A stretch of 64,000 nt of DNA from Octopus bimaculoides (taxonomy: Eukaryota): positions 246,061 to 310,060 of the forward strand of contig NC_069003.1 of NCBI RefSeq assembly GCF_001194135.2. The letters run 5' to 3'. Positions 52,462-64,000 of this stretch are shown here, piece by piece (the stretch's first letter is position 1; each line of letters starts with the position of its first letter). Position numbers and translations under genes: made by a program. The notes beneath the pieces are model-generated. The model did no database searches and had not been told where the DNA came from. It saw nothing but the letters and a program-made list of their open reading frames with translations.

Positions 52462-52586
52462 GGGTGATTGTTATTAAATTTTATTTATACCTATGAACAC
52501 ATAACAACATATATATGTATGCACACACACACAGATATATATACATGAATATATAGTTATACATATGTATATACACAAATACGTAT

Positions 52587-52629
<43 letters not shown>

Positions 52630-52710
52630 TTTATGTGTCTATATATGTAAATATTCATAAATATACATATACACACATCTGTCTGTGTGTTTGTTTGTCT
52701 CTGTCTGTCG

Positions 52711-52800
<90 letters not shown>

Positions 52801-53153
52801 NNNNNNNNNNNNNNNNNNNNNNNNNNNNNNNNNNNNNNNNNNNNNNNNNNNNNNNNNNNNNNNNNNNNNNNNNNNNNNNNNNNNNNNNNNNNNNNNNNNN
52901 NNNNNNNNNNNNNNNNNNNNNNNNNNNNNNNNNNNNNNNNNNNNNNNNNNNNNNNNNNNNNNNNNNNNNNNNNNNNNNNNNNNNNNNNNNNNNNNNNNNN
53001 NNNNNNNNNNNNNNNNNNNNNNNNNNNNNNNNNNNNNNNNNNNNNNNNNNNNNNNNNNNNNNNNNNNNNNNNNNNNNNNNNNNNNNNNNNNNNNNNNNNN
53101 NNNNNNNNNNNNNNNNNNNNNNNNNNNNNNNNNNNNNNNNNNNNNNNNNNNNN

Positions 53154-53186
<33 letters not shown>

Positions 53187-53397
53187 ATATCTACATATTC
53201 CACATACATATTATCCATATACATGTGTGCATAGATATCAGGGGAGTATGCTAAAAAGAAAATGCTCAATATCACAAAAAGGTTAGAATCCAATAAAAGC
53301 TCTCCCTACAATTCAGCTGCCAGCATAGAGTTAATGATCCAACATTAATGGAGATATGTGCTGTGTGTGTGTGTGTACATGCTTTATCTAATAGGCC

Positions 53398-54030
53398 ATG
53401 GAAGACAAGGACTTTAGGGAGCTGCATGTTTGGCATTGCATGCTTTACAAATTTTGTAAGGCAACGCACAGCATGTGCAAGGAAAACATATGTATTGTAT
53501 ATCCTGATGGTATGCATATTAAGAAATGCTAAAGATGGTTTAGCAAATTGAAAAATTGTGATTTCAATCGTTTTGGGTGGATATTGATGAGACCAACACT
53601 TCTCAATAATGATACTGTGGAAACAGCAACAGAAAAGAATCTGTGTAATAGGACTGAGAATCTATCCTGGAGGTTTATTAAACTCTGGTCCTCTGTGCAA
53701 GGTCCTCTCAATCAGATTGGGAAAATGTATTGAGGAGGGAAGTAGATACCTCATGAGCTGCCCCTCGAGATTACAGGCTACATTCAGCAAAGATAACCCA
53801 TGAAAAGATAAAAGCTGGGAAGCTCTACTTCACCATCTCAGACCTAGCACCATCAAGTTTTCATTTATTCAAATCTTTTGAACACTTTACCTGTGAAAGA
53901 CATTCAGAAGCAGGGATGTTCTCAAAACAGCACCTTAAGCATTTTCTCTTCTAAAGAATTGGAATTTTTTGCCTGGTTTTGATATGTGAAAATGTAATTT
54001 TTAGTGATGGCAGTTATATCTCAAATGAAT
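53398..54030 (+). mobile_element. Degraded, internally deleted mariner transposase
   Basis: MEDKDFRELHVWHCMLYKF...NICIVYPD...KC*RWFSKLKNCDF (HTH region), IPHEL (WVPHEL motif) at 53746-53760, and SDLAPSSFHLFKSFEHF (YSPDLAPSDYHLF motif). Contains stops and frameshifts. Confidence 0.82.
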
Positions 54031-54143
54031 AAGTATCTTTACAATGTCTTATGCTAATCTATATATATAGGTCAGTAAATAGTGGGGTTGTGTTAATCGC
54101 ACATGGAGAAATAATAGGAAAATGAAGAATAAGGCAGAATGCT

Positions 54144-54203
54144 AAATTGGAAGCATGTTTTAATAAAGATTTCAAATTGGAAGCATGTTTTAATAAAAGT
54201 TTC
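54144..54203 (+). repeat. 30 bp tandem duplication
   Basis: aaattggaagcatgttttaataaagatttc / aaattggaagcatgttttaataaaagtttc. Confidence 0.85.
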
Positions 54204-54409
54204 TAACCGGCTTTCATTGCGAAGCAAATTTTCAAGAAGGAGAATGAAAATGTTTTTTACAAAGAAGTACAAAATGAAGAAAATAATACATAAAAAAAAT
54301 AACTATACCAATACATTATATTGTCTTTGAGCTTTTGAAGTTCAATGGTAATTCATGTAGATAATGGTTGGAAAAATAAGGATGCATGAAAGTTGAGAGT
54401 TGTGTTAGG

Positions 54410-55230
54410 NNNNNNNNNNNNNNNNNNNNNNNNNNNNNNNNNNNNNNNNNNNNNNNNNNNNNNNNNNNNNNNNNNNNNNNNNNNNNNNNNNNNNNNNNNN
54501 NNNNNNNNNNNNNNNNNNNNNNNNNNNNNNNNNNNNNNNNNNNNNNNNNNNNNNNNNNNNNNNNNNNNNNNNNNNNNNNNNNNNNNNNNNNNNNNNNNNN
54601 NNNNNNNNNNNNNNNNNNNNNNNNNNNNNNNNNNNNNNNNNNNNNNNNNNNNNNNNNNNNNNNNNNNNNNNNNNNNNNNNNNNNNNNNNNNNNNNNNNNN
54701 NNNNNNNNNNNNNNNNNNNNNNNNNNNNNNNNNNNNNNNNNNNNNNNNNNNNNNNNNNNNNNNNNNNNNNNNNNNNNNNNNNNNNNNNNNNNNNNNNNNN
54801 NNNNNNNNNNNNNNNNNNNNNNNNNNNNNNNNNNNNNNNNNNNNNNNNNNNNNNNNNNNNNNNNNNNNNNNNNNNNNNNNNNNNNNNNNNNNNNNNNNNN
54901 NNNNNNNNNNNNNNNNNNNNNNNNNNNNNNNNNNNNNNNNNNNNNNNNNNNNNNNNNNNNNNNNNNNNNNNNNNNNNNNNNNNNNNNNNNNNNNNNNNNN
55001 NNNNNNNNNNNNNNNNNNNNNNNNNNNNNNNNNNNNNNNNNNNNNNNNNNNNNNNNNNNNNNNNNNNNNNNNNNNNNNNNNNNNNNNNNNNNNNNNNNNN
55101 NNNNNNNNNNNNNNNNNNNNNNNNNNNNNNNNNNNNNNNNNNNNNNNNNNNNNNNNNNNNNNNNNNNNNNNNNNNNNNNNNNNNNNNNNNNNNNNNNNNN
55201 NNNNNNNNNNNNNNNNNNNNNNNNNNNNNN
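54410..55230. other. Assembly gap (N run), representative of about 20 gaps
   Basis: Other large gaps start at about 19810, 24386, 29609, 41254, 52801 and 56427. Confidence 0.98.
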
Positions 55231-55288
<58 letters not shown>

Positions 55289-56384
55289 AAAAATGAGGGT
55301 CTGTCAAGCCTTTCCTCAAACTTCTAACAGCTATTCCCTTTTCCCAGTCTTCTACGGTTGACTATTTCCTTTCTTCCCCTTATCTCTGCTCAACTGATAT
55401 TCACAGCATCTCACACAATCCCCATCTCTAATCATCTGTTACACTATTTTCACCCTAGGGCTCTTACCTACCCACCCATCTTTTCTGTTCCTCTACCTTA
55501 TTCTCTTGTCGTGAAACCACATATTCCTCTCTTCAACAAGACACTATTTGCTCCTCTGTTATACTTTCTTATCCTTCAATACAAAATCCCCACCAGTTGA
55601 GGCTGTCTTGTCTAGCAGATGCCTGGTGAGCACAGCAGTGCTTGCCATGGAAAAAAGCATCCTGTACGCTCAGTAAAAAGGTTGGCAGTAAGAAGGGTGT
55701 CATCGAGCTGTGGAAACCGTGCCAAAGGAGACACTGCTGTTCAGTGCAGCCCCCTCATTTGTCAGTTGATGTTGAACTGTCCAACAACCAAGGCCAGTGT
55801 GGACAAAAAGGATCATTAAATGAGGATTATGTTATCCCACACTTATATACTTCCTTGTAATACCTTTTTTTTCTGGACCCTCATTCATCTCATGTCTGTT
55901 CTCTTCCCACTTTACTCACATCCTGCCTTTTTTAATGTGGGATAGCCCTGAATTCCTTTAACTAAACTCGCTTCAATCAGTCTCACCACTTTGTCTCTCC
56001 CTTTATTTCCAACTACTCTCTTACTCTCACCACCACTCTTCTCTCACAACTATAAATCTATCACTCGCATCACACTTGAGCCTTTCTCAAAGTCAAGTCC
56101 TATTATCACTCACTCCTATTTTTCATCAGTTACAGAGGCCCTTTTTAGGCCCTTTAGTCTTGCAGATTGAAAGTTTTCCTAGTCTACTTTGCAAAGTGGT
56201 TGATATTAGGAAGGACATCCAACGTAGAAACCATGGCAAAAGAGCACAATGTGGTCCTCTGACTTGTGGCATCCTATTGAATCATCTGAGCCAAGTCAGA
56301 AGGGAGAGGAGACTTTACACGGGGGTTGCTGGTGAGAATGATATACATCATAAACACACACACACACACGCATATACACAAACA

Positions 56385-56426
<42 letters not shown>

Positions 56427-57149
56427 NNNNNNNNNNNNNNNNNNNNNNNNNNNNNNNNNNNNNNNNNNNNNNNNNNNNNNNNNNNNNNNNNNNNNNNNNN
56501 NNNNNNNNNNNNNNNNNNNNNNNNNNNNNNNNNNNNNNNNNNNNNNNNNNNNNNNNNNNNNNNNNNNNNNNNNNNNNNNNNNNNNNNNNNNNNNNNNNNN
56601 NNNNNNNNNNNNNNNNNNNNNNNNNNNNNNNNNNNNNNNNNNNNNNNNNNNNNNNNNNNNNNNNNNNNNNNNNNNNNNNNNNNNNNNNNNNNNNNNNNNN
56701 NNNNNNNNNNNNNNNNNNNNNNNNNNNNNNNNNNNNNNNNNNNNNNNNNNNNNNNNNNNNNNNNNNNNNNNNNNNNNNNNNNNNNNNNNNNNNNNNNNNN
56801 NNNNNNNNNNNNNNNNNNNNNNNNNNNNNNNNNNNNNNNNNNNNNNNNNNNNNNNNNNNNNNNNNNNNNNNNNNNNNNNNNNNNNNNNNNNNNNNNNNNN
56901 NNNNNNNNNNNNNNNNNNNNNNNNNNNNNNNNNNNNNNNNNNNNNNNNNNNNNNNNNNNNNNNNNNNNNNNNNNNNNNNNNNNNNNNNNNNNNNNNNNNN
57001 NNNNNNNNNNNNNNNNNNNNNNNNNNNNNNNNNNNNNNNNNNNNNNNNNNNNNNNNNNNNNNNNNNNNNNNNNNNNNNNNNNNNNTATATATATACATAT
57101 ATATATATATATATAATGATCATAATAATCCTTTCTGCTTTAGATGCAA

Positions 57150-57340
57150 TTTTATGGGGTGGGGGTGGGGGGCTGGTTGATTACATCGACCCCAGTGCTA
57201 AACTGGTATTTATTTTATTGTCCCTGAAAGGATGAAAGCAAAGTCAGCCTTTGCAAGATTTAAAGTCAGAATATAATGAGCCAGAAGAAATGCTACGAAG
57301 CATTTTGTCAAACATGCTAACTATTCTGCCAGTTTGCCAC
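57150..57340 (+). mobile_element. SINE-like repeat (atcgacccca...gaaaggatgaaaggcaaagt...gaatttgaactcagaa)
   Basis: Related copies at about 2000-2170 (-), 16420-16545, 42570-42705, 60290-60480 and 60790-60975. Contains a tRNA B-box-like ttgaactc. Confidence 0.7.
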
Positions 57341-57638
57341 CTATAATGATGATGATGATGATGATAATAATAATAATAAGAAGAAGAAGAATATCTATAT
57401 ATATATATATATATATGTACATGCGTGTGTGTGTGTGTGATGGGCTTCACTAAATCCCCTCACAAGGCATCAGTCAACCTAGTAGTATAGTACAAGATAC
57501 TTGGTAAGCTGTTGCACATTGGGACTGGATCTGAAACCACGTGGTCGACAGGCAAACGTTTTTCACCACAACCAATATCTACTTGCTGTTATTTATAGCA
57601 TTACGGGATGTGCCTCAAGTGCCAATCTTCCAGAAAAG

Positions 57639-57701
<63 letters not shown>

Positions 57702-58952
57702 GGTATGGGTGACCTGAGTGCATGGCATTGACAACAATGAAGTGTGCACCTGTCACTCTTATGGTTGCTTCGAGAACCATTTTGTTTAGTTTCGAAGTAT
57801 ATTGTACTTTTAAACTCAATACATATCTGAAGTGATCTTTTCCCAGATGACCGCTGCAGCTTCTGGCCTTTCAGCTACATAAATACTTCATGTACGCCAT
57901 ATATTCTTCTGGGAATTTCTTGTCATTGAGTATGACTGGCTGAGAAGTATTTCTTTTTTTCTGTTTGATATTATGACAGGACATCAAATTTGCTTTGTTC
58001 TTTTGTGGGGATCGGAGACCAAAGATAACGGCACAACTCTGATGGCACATATTTACTGAATACTGGGTGAACACTGGACCTTGTGTGTGTGTGTGTGTAT
58101 ATATACACACATCCACACTTATACACACACACACACACACACACATATACCATAGTCTAGGAATGTAGATAGTTCTAGAATAAATTCAGTTTCAAATAAA
58201 CTGCAAAACATGAAATATTCCTTAACATGTAAAGCTAAAGTACACTTATTTGTATCTCTCTATCTGTCTTATCCGTCCATTCCATCCATATATATCAGCT
58301 ACAATAATCATTATTGATACCATTAATCATTATTGACTATTCATAATCATTGAGTGATCGTTTTTTTTTTCTTTTTTTGCCGTATTAATTCTAAAGCCTC
58401 CTCCACATGATGAAATGGATGAGTAAAATGTTTTTGTTTCTAACCATTTTCTTATTATATTAATTTTTTTTTATATTAAGTATTAATTGCATTGTCATTA
58501 TGAGGAGCACTATTATCATTACAGTTACTATTAATACTACAACTACTATTATAACAACCATTTTCATCATTTTTGGTATCACTTGCTTTTGTAGTAGGCC
58601 TCTTCTTAACACTATCATCACTAAGAATAATAATAATAATAATAATAATTATAATAATTATAATAATAATAATAATAACAATAATAATAATAATAAAATA
58701 ATGATGATGATGATCATGATGATGATTTCTTTTATAATGTTATTATTATTATTGTTATTAGTTTTTCTTTTCTTTTTACTTTTATGTCTTTTATTATTCG
58801 TTTTTGTTTAAATCTCTTCATTTGTTGTGTGGGTTTTTTTTTCTTTTTTTTTCATTTTTTTTTCATTTTTTTTTTTTCAATCTTTTTTAAAAGTTATCCC
58901 CTTCATTCGATGATGGCATATTGAACTAGGATGAGCGCAAAATGTTTCTTAC

Positions 58953-59158
58953 CTACTGAACAAATCTTTTAACTCTTGTTCAGATGAAAATTGTCCTAAG
59001 TTTGCAACAAACAATGTGGAGCATGGAGCATTGGGTTGACTAGGTGTAGTGCTATTGGTTCCCACAGGACTAGTCAAGATTGGTGTGGCAGCAATCTGCG
59101 GATGAGGCACAGTTGCTTGTACTGTAGATGGATGTGCTATCATTGATGTGGGATGGAT
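58953..59158 (-). CDS. cpo: couch potato/MEC-8/RBPMS-family RNA-binding protein exon (linker and RNP2 half of RRM2)
   Basis: Acceptor ttcctctttcAG and donor AGTAG|GTAAG. Translates IHPTSMIAHPSTVQATVPHPQIAATPILTSPVGTNSTTPSQPNAPCSTLFVANLGQFSSEQELKDLFS+AG; CSTLFVANLGQF is the Cpo/MEC-8 signature. 206 bp, phase 0/2. Upstream exons lie beyond the window. Confidence 0.92.
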
Positions 59159-62100
59159 CTGAAAGAGGAAAAGGAACAAGATGAAACAACAATAATAGGA
59201 ACAATAACATTGTTGCTATAATAATAATAATAATAATAATAACAGTGTGATGATAATTGCTAATATAGGAAAAAGTTACAGTTTGTGTGAATGAGGTGTA
59301 ATCAGTTACACATAACCTTGTACTTGATTGATTCTACATTTTATTAAGTCTTGTAAAATGAAAAGCAAATTTGACTTAAGCAGGATCTGGACTCAATTCA
59401 AATGGATGTAATTAAATACTGAATGAATGTTAGTCCAGATTGCTATTGTTTGAGCCAACCTAGTGCTTTGATAACAATTACAAGAATAATGATAATAAAT
59501 TCTTCCTTTAGTTACTTTTCACAGGAAAAGATCACATATAAACTCCAATTTATTAATGCCACATATTTTAGTTGCCTCTGGGAAAATGGAAATCAATCAA
59601 TGCCGGCTTTAAAACTTAACAAAAAGAAATCATCATCTATTTAATGTTGTATTCAATGGCTCAATAAAGTTTTCCTTGTACCCAGCACACGACAAATGGT
59701 AGTATAAGTGTCTCCTAATGTCTAAGAGTCTTTTAATTGCTTGTATTTAGCTCTGAAATCATAGATGGAAGTGAATGAGATACCCTATTGTCTCACTAAC
59801 AATCCCAGATAAACTGTGAAAAATATTCCTGACAGCCAAGTGAACAGGGATTATGTAGAATAAAGTGTTTTGCATACGTGTACAAAAATGCCTATGTTAG
59901 GTTCGAACTCATCCTACACACAAGTTGTTTCATAGCTTATCTGCCAAAGAGGCACTACAATACTTTAGCTAATATAACAGGACATATATAACCTCATACC
60001 CTAACCCTAACCCTACCGTTTAAGCATTAATCCTATGAACTTTTGTTGCATATGTCTTTTAAGTATTTTAAACAAGTTCTTTTTATGTTTCAGTGAAGAG
60101 CTGTAAAATCATTTATGCAGAGAACTAAACTGAATAAAGTATAATAATAATATTGATAAAAAAATCAGTAGATCATATGTTGCTTTATATTCTAAGCTTG
60201 ATTCCTGTCAAAAGGTTTTTCTCCACCAAAATAGTTGATTGTGTGAGTATAAAAATTTATATTAATGCTAATTGTTTCTACTTCAGGACAGTCAAAAATT
60301 TTGAAGGATTGGGTTAGTTGATTAAATTAACCCCAGTATCTCACTGGTACCTCATTTTAATGACCCTGGAAGGATGAAAGGAAAGGTGATACTGGCAAAA
60401 TTTGAACCCAGTATGTAAAGAGTTGTAAGTGAATCTTGCAAGGCTCTGCTTAAAGTGTTGATTATTCTGCCAATTCCCTGCTCTTTTATATAAATGATAA
60501 TTACAAAGAAATCTAACGAGAGCACAAAGCCAGAAATTTTGAAGGATAATTACGGTTGTCTTAATAGAACAAGTACATGACTGATATCAATGTTATCAGC
60601 TCTGAACAGAGGAACAGCAAAGACAGTTTGTGGCAGGATTTTTAACTCAAAAATGGGAAGGAATACTACCAAATACTGCCATCTATTTAGTCTGGCACTC
60701 TACTGATTCTACTACTCCATTAAATTCCATATAATATATGATAACAATAATAATAATTTCAAGGTTTTGGCACAAGTCAATAGCACAAATTACAAGTCAA
60801 ACAAGTTTCGGAGAGAGGTGACAGTCAATTACATCAACCTTAGTACTTGACTACTTCACTTTATTTCATCAAGCTTGAAAGGATGAAAGGCAAAAAAGGT
60901 GGGATTCAGAAGGTAAAGAGATGGAAGAAATGCTGCAAGACATTTTCCCCAATGCTTTAATGATTCTGCCAGCTAATGATAATAATAATAATATGCAAGT
61001 TAACAAATGCTATGAATATCACAAAGCTAAAAGATTAATGAAACAAATATAAATATACAAAATTAAAAATTACAAATCAGAAAAAAAAAAAAATTTTAAA
61101 GCTGCCCACATTTCCTTAAAATCCTTAAAAAAATTAAAAGACTAAAATAAACCTCAAACAAAAATAAAATATAAAAAAAACATACAAAGAAAATGGAAAA
61201 AATTCTTCCCATCAAGTTTTTAATTTTTTTTTGGTTTGTTCTAAATTGAAATTGGTGTCCTACCTGGTTGGGGATCATACTTCCTATGTATTTCGGATAA
61301 CCAGTATCCGATAAGGAAGTGTTTATCCGATGTGTATTTTCTGGAACCAAGATTTTCTGATAATTGGGGTTTACCTGAAGTAAATATGACAAAGGCAAGA
61401 AAACAAACGTGAGAACCTGTTTCTTTAAAACATTTTTGGTAGGATTTTGTCTATTGTTCTTTGTTTAGATTTTTTGACATTTTTCTTTGGCTTATTATTA
61501 TTATTATTATTATCATTATTATTATTATTATAATTATTATTATTATTATCATTATTATCAATTACTGCTACTACTGTAACGATTAAAGTGTGGAGTGTCA
61601 GAAACAATAAAAGTGCCAAACTTTGAAATGTTGTGAAGTGCTTACTTTTATTCCTCTACATTTTAGATTAAATATAATTATGCTAATTTACATTCTGAGT
61701 ACAATTTCTTCTAGGATCAATAAAAACAATTATCAGTAAAATGCCAGGGTAAATTCACTTCCTGGGATTGAACCTCTCTCACATACATTTCAAACCTTAG
61801 GAAAATGTAAGAATTTTTTTATTGCTATTAAGCTTGCTCCCTAACCCTGAACTTCTGGGTTCTGTCCTGTTGCACGGCACCTTGGGTAAATGCCTTCCAC
61901 TATAACTCTGAGTCGAACAATGCCTTGGGAATGGATCTGCTGGACAGAAACTGAAAAACCCATGATATGTATATATTTGTATTTATGTATCTGTGTGTGT
62001 GTGTGTGTGTGCTTGTTCCCCCATCTACCACTTGACAACTGGCATGTGACTTAGCAGTTTAGCAAAAGACACCAATAGAATAATACCAATAGTACCAGGC

Positions 62101-62819
62101 TTAAAAAAAAGAAAAAAAGAAGTAAGTACTGAGGTGAATTTGCTCAACTAAACCCTTTCAGGCCCCAGAATGGTCACAGTCCAAAGACTGAAACAAATGA
62201 ACCATAAAAGACGTTGATATGACTCTCCATTGTAAGGGGGACGGGATTTGATTCCATTAATCCTACACCTGCCTTGTAGCTCTTACACCAGGAAAAATAA
62301 GTCCTCAACATCATCTTGATATTGCCATTAGCCAAAATAGTAAGCAGTTGATTAAACTCCCAACTGAATGTAAATTCATTTTTCTAGATTTTGAACAGGA
62401 AAGTTACTAAGATCAGTTTTGCTTTTCAAGTCATTCTTATAGGAAAGCCAAGAAAATAGGCTCCAGAATTACAGAAGAAGGATCAAATAAGCAATCAACC
62501 ATCTCCCCTCACACTTCTCTCCCGCAAAAGGGAATCCAACTCCCTTCCTTCCAAGTCAGTATGAAGCACTACCACCACAGTCATTACTTTATCATCAATG
62601 ATTTTTGGGTGTTGATGAGGGTTGTCAGAGATTGTCTACAATGATGCTGCAGAAGTATGGGATCTTATACGACTATAGATTCTGTATGATTCTGTATTCT
62701 AAAAATTCCTGAACATAGGTTTTAGATTAAATAAGGAAATGGTTTAGTCATATGTAAGAATATGAATGAGCATACAAAAAAGAGACTCATGGAAACCTAA
62801 GAAAGGCAAAGTAACTTTG

Positions 62820-63590
62820 AATTCAAAATGATCATCACACCTCATCAAAGCAGATTTCTCAGGTGCTACTCTAAACACAGACACCTATCACAAACCTTCC
62901 ACAAACACAAGGAAAAATTAAATTAACCAACATAGGAACTGTAACCATCTAATATTAGTATTCCAGAATCTAGCAAGTAGAAGATTATCTCTTTTCTCAT
63001 TGAATATGAAACTATTCTATAGAACAGCAGGTTATAAAAACATACCTCTAGAATCGAATGATATCAAGGAGAAACAAAATCATGTACACCTACGTAGACA
63101 ACACCAAAGTGCAATAAAGCAGTAACAAAATATTAAAAAGCAAAATCACACAATGTCAAACATACTTCAGCACTAAAAACACAAGCATTTCTCCCCTGAA
63201 TCAGTTACAATAAATTATTCAACAAACATAACAACAAAACCAACTGCAGCTCAACCACCAGCATCAAGATAGCCAAGAACCCTGATAATCAACATCGAGA
63301 TCACATACAACTTGAGAAACCCAACCTCTTGCTCATCAAATGTGTCATGGAATATGCAAGTAGTGATTCTACAAAGCTGAAGTAACCACCACTGGGCCTA
63401 CTTCTAAAACCAAACCAAAGAGGTTTATATAGGAAAGACAGAATTACTTTTAAGAGACAACAAAACAACCACACAACTAGTTTAGACATATACTGTAAAG
63501 AGAAATGCCACCAAAATATTAAACAACGCATGGAGCTTAAGCCACAATGCCAAAGAATTTAACAGATTGGAAAATACAAGAAAGATCCAA
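62820..63590 (+). mobile_element. Decayed Penelope-like element (RT C-terminus and GIY-YIG endonuclease)
   Basis: ADFSGATLNTDTYHKP...INQHRN...LASRRLS resembles V.FLDVTL...TY.PY.K...YIN..SNHP...ISRRLS. LLIKCVMEYA...ITFKRQQNNHTTS...MELK resembles CL..CV.Y.A...TFK.RYNNH.SSF...WELK. Confidence 0.62.
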
Positions 63591-63811
63591 ACTATATATA
63601 TATACATCGAAATGAATGATGTTTATACGTGCAGAGCAGAGAAGAGTCTCATATTCTGGGAAACAAGAAACTCTTACACTTTAGCACAGAATTTTTTTTT
63701 TGGATATATTAAAATGTACATCGAGTGTTAAATACTGACTATTTGTTATGTAATTTAAATATAAACTACATTGTTGAATCATACATATAAATATATGCAG
63801 ATGTGCCTGCA

Positions 63812-63875
<64 letters not shown>

Positions 63876-64000
63876 TGGTTGATAGAGTGATATGAAATTA
63901 TGAGGCTTCATGAATTTGTAAATCTTGTTAACATACATTTTGGAACATTGATGAAAATACTGTCTCCTGGAAAGCATGCTACAAAAAACAAAAATTAGAG

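Noticed and set aside
57770-57835. Minus-strand hairpin followed by TTCGAAACTA
   Set aside because: No core box, no NUH site and no stem I.
59998-60015. Telomeric repeat as a chromosome end or fusion site
   Set aside because: Only three units, inside an intron of an intact gene.
61290-61380. ggataa/ttatcc repeats with a caggtaaacccc end, pogo/Tigger MITE-like
   Set aside because: Only one terminus is visible and no partner inverted repeat was found.

Overview
AT-rich, microsatellite-dense animal genomic DNA from a gapped draft assembly. The repeat families suggest an octopus (inference). There are two convergent genes. On the + strand are the last three coding exons of HSDL2 (915-1115, 2399-2596, 4005-4249; SDR end, SCP2 domain, C-terminal SKL). 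On the - strand are the last four coding exons of a couch potato/MEC-8/RBPMS-family RNA-binding protein (59158-58953, 21485-21416, 17860-17750, 10707-10648); its second RRM is interrupted by a 37,467 bp intron. Exons of both genes join in frame with canonical AG/GT sites. The rest is SINE-like repeats, RTE, R4/Dong-like and Penelope-like retroelement debris, mariner/Tc1 relics, microsatellites and N gaps, so most listed ORFs are artefacts. The unexplained signal is a set of short cassettes, mostly lodged in (TA)n tracts, that fold into type I hammerhead ribozyme motifs with palindromic stem III, like those known from Penelope-like elements and retrozymes. One is essentially intact and sense to the cpo pre-mRNA (50275-50347, -). 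One is near-intact (52407-52461, +). A head-to-head pair inside a 280 bp palindrome carries a G3-C8 swap of the conserved C3-G8 core pair (18849-18971), and several others are decayed. Four long foldback repeats and a candidate alternative terminal exon that would truncate RRM2 are also reported. All folds were derived by eye; none was computed or tested.
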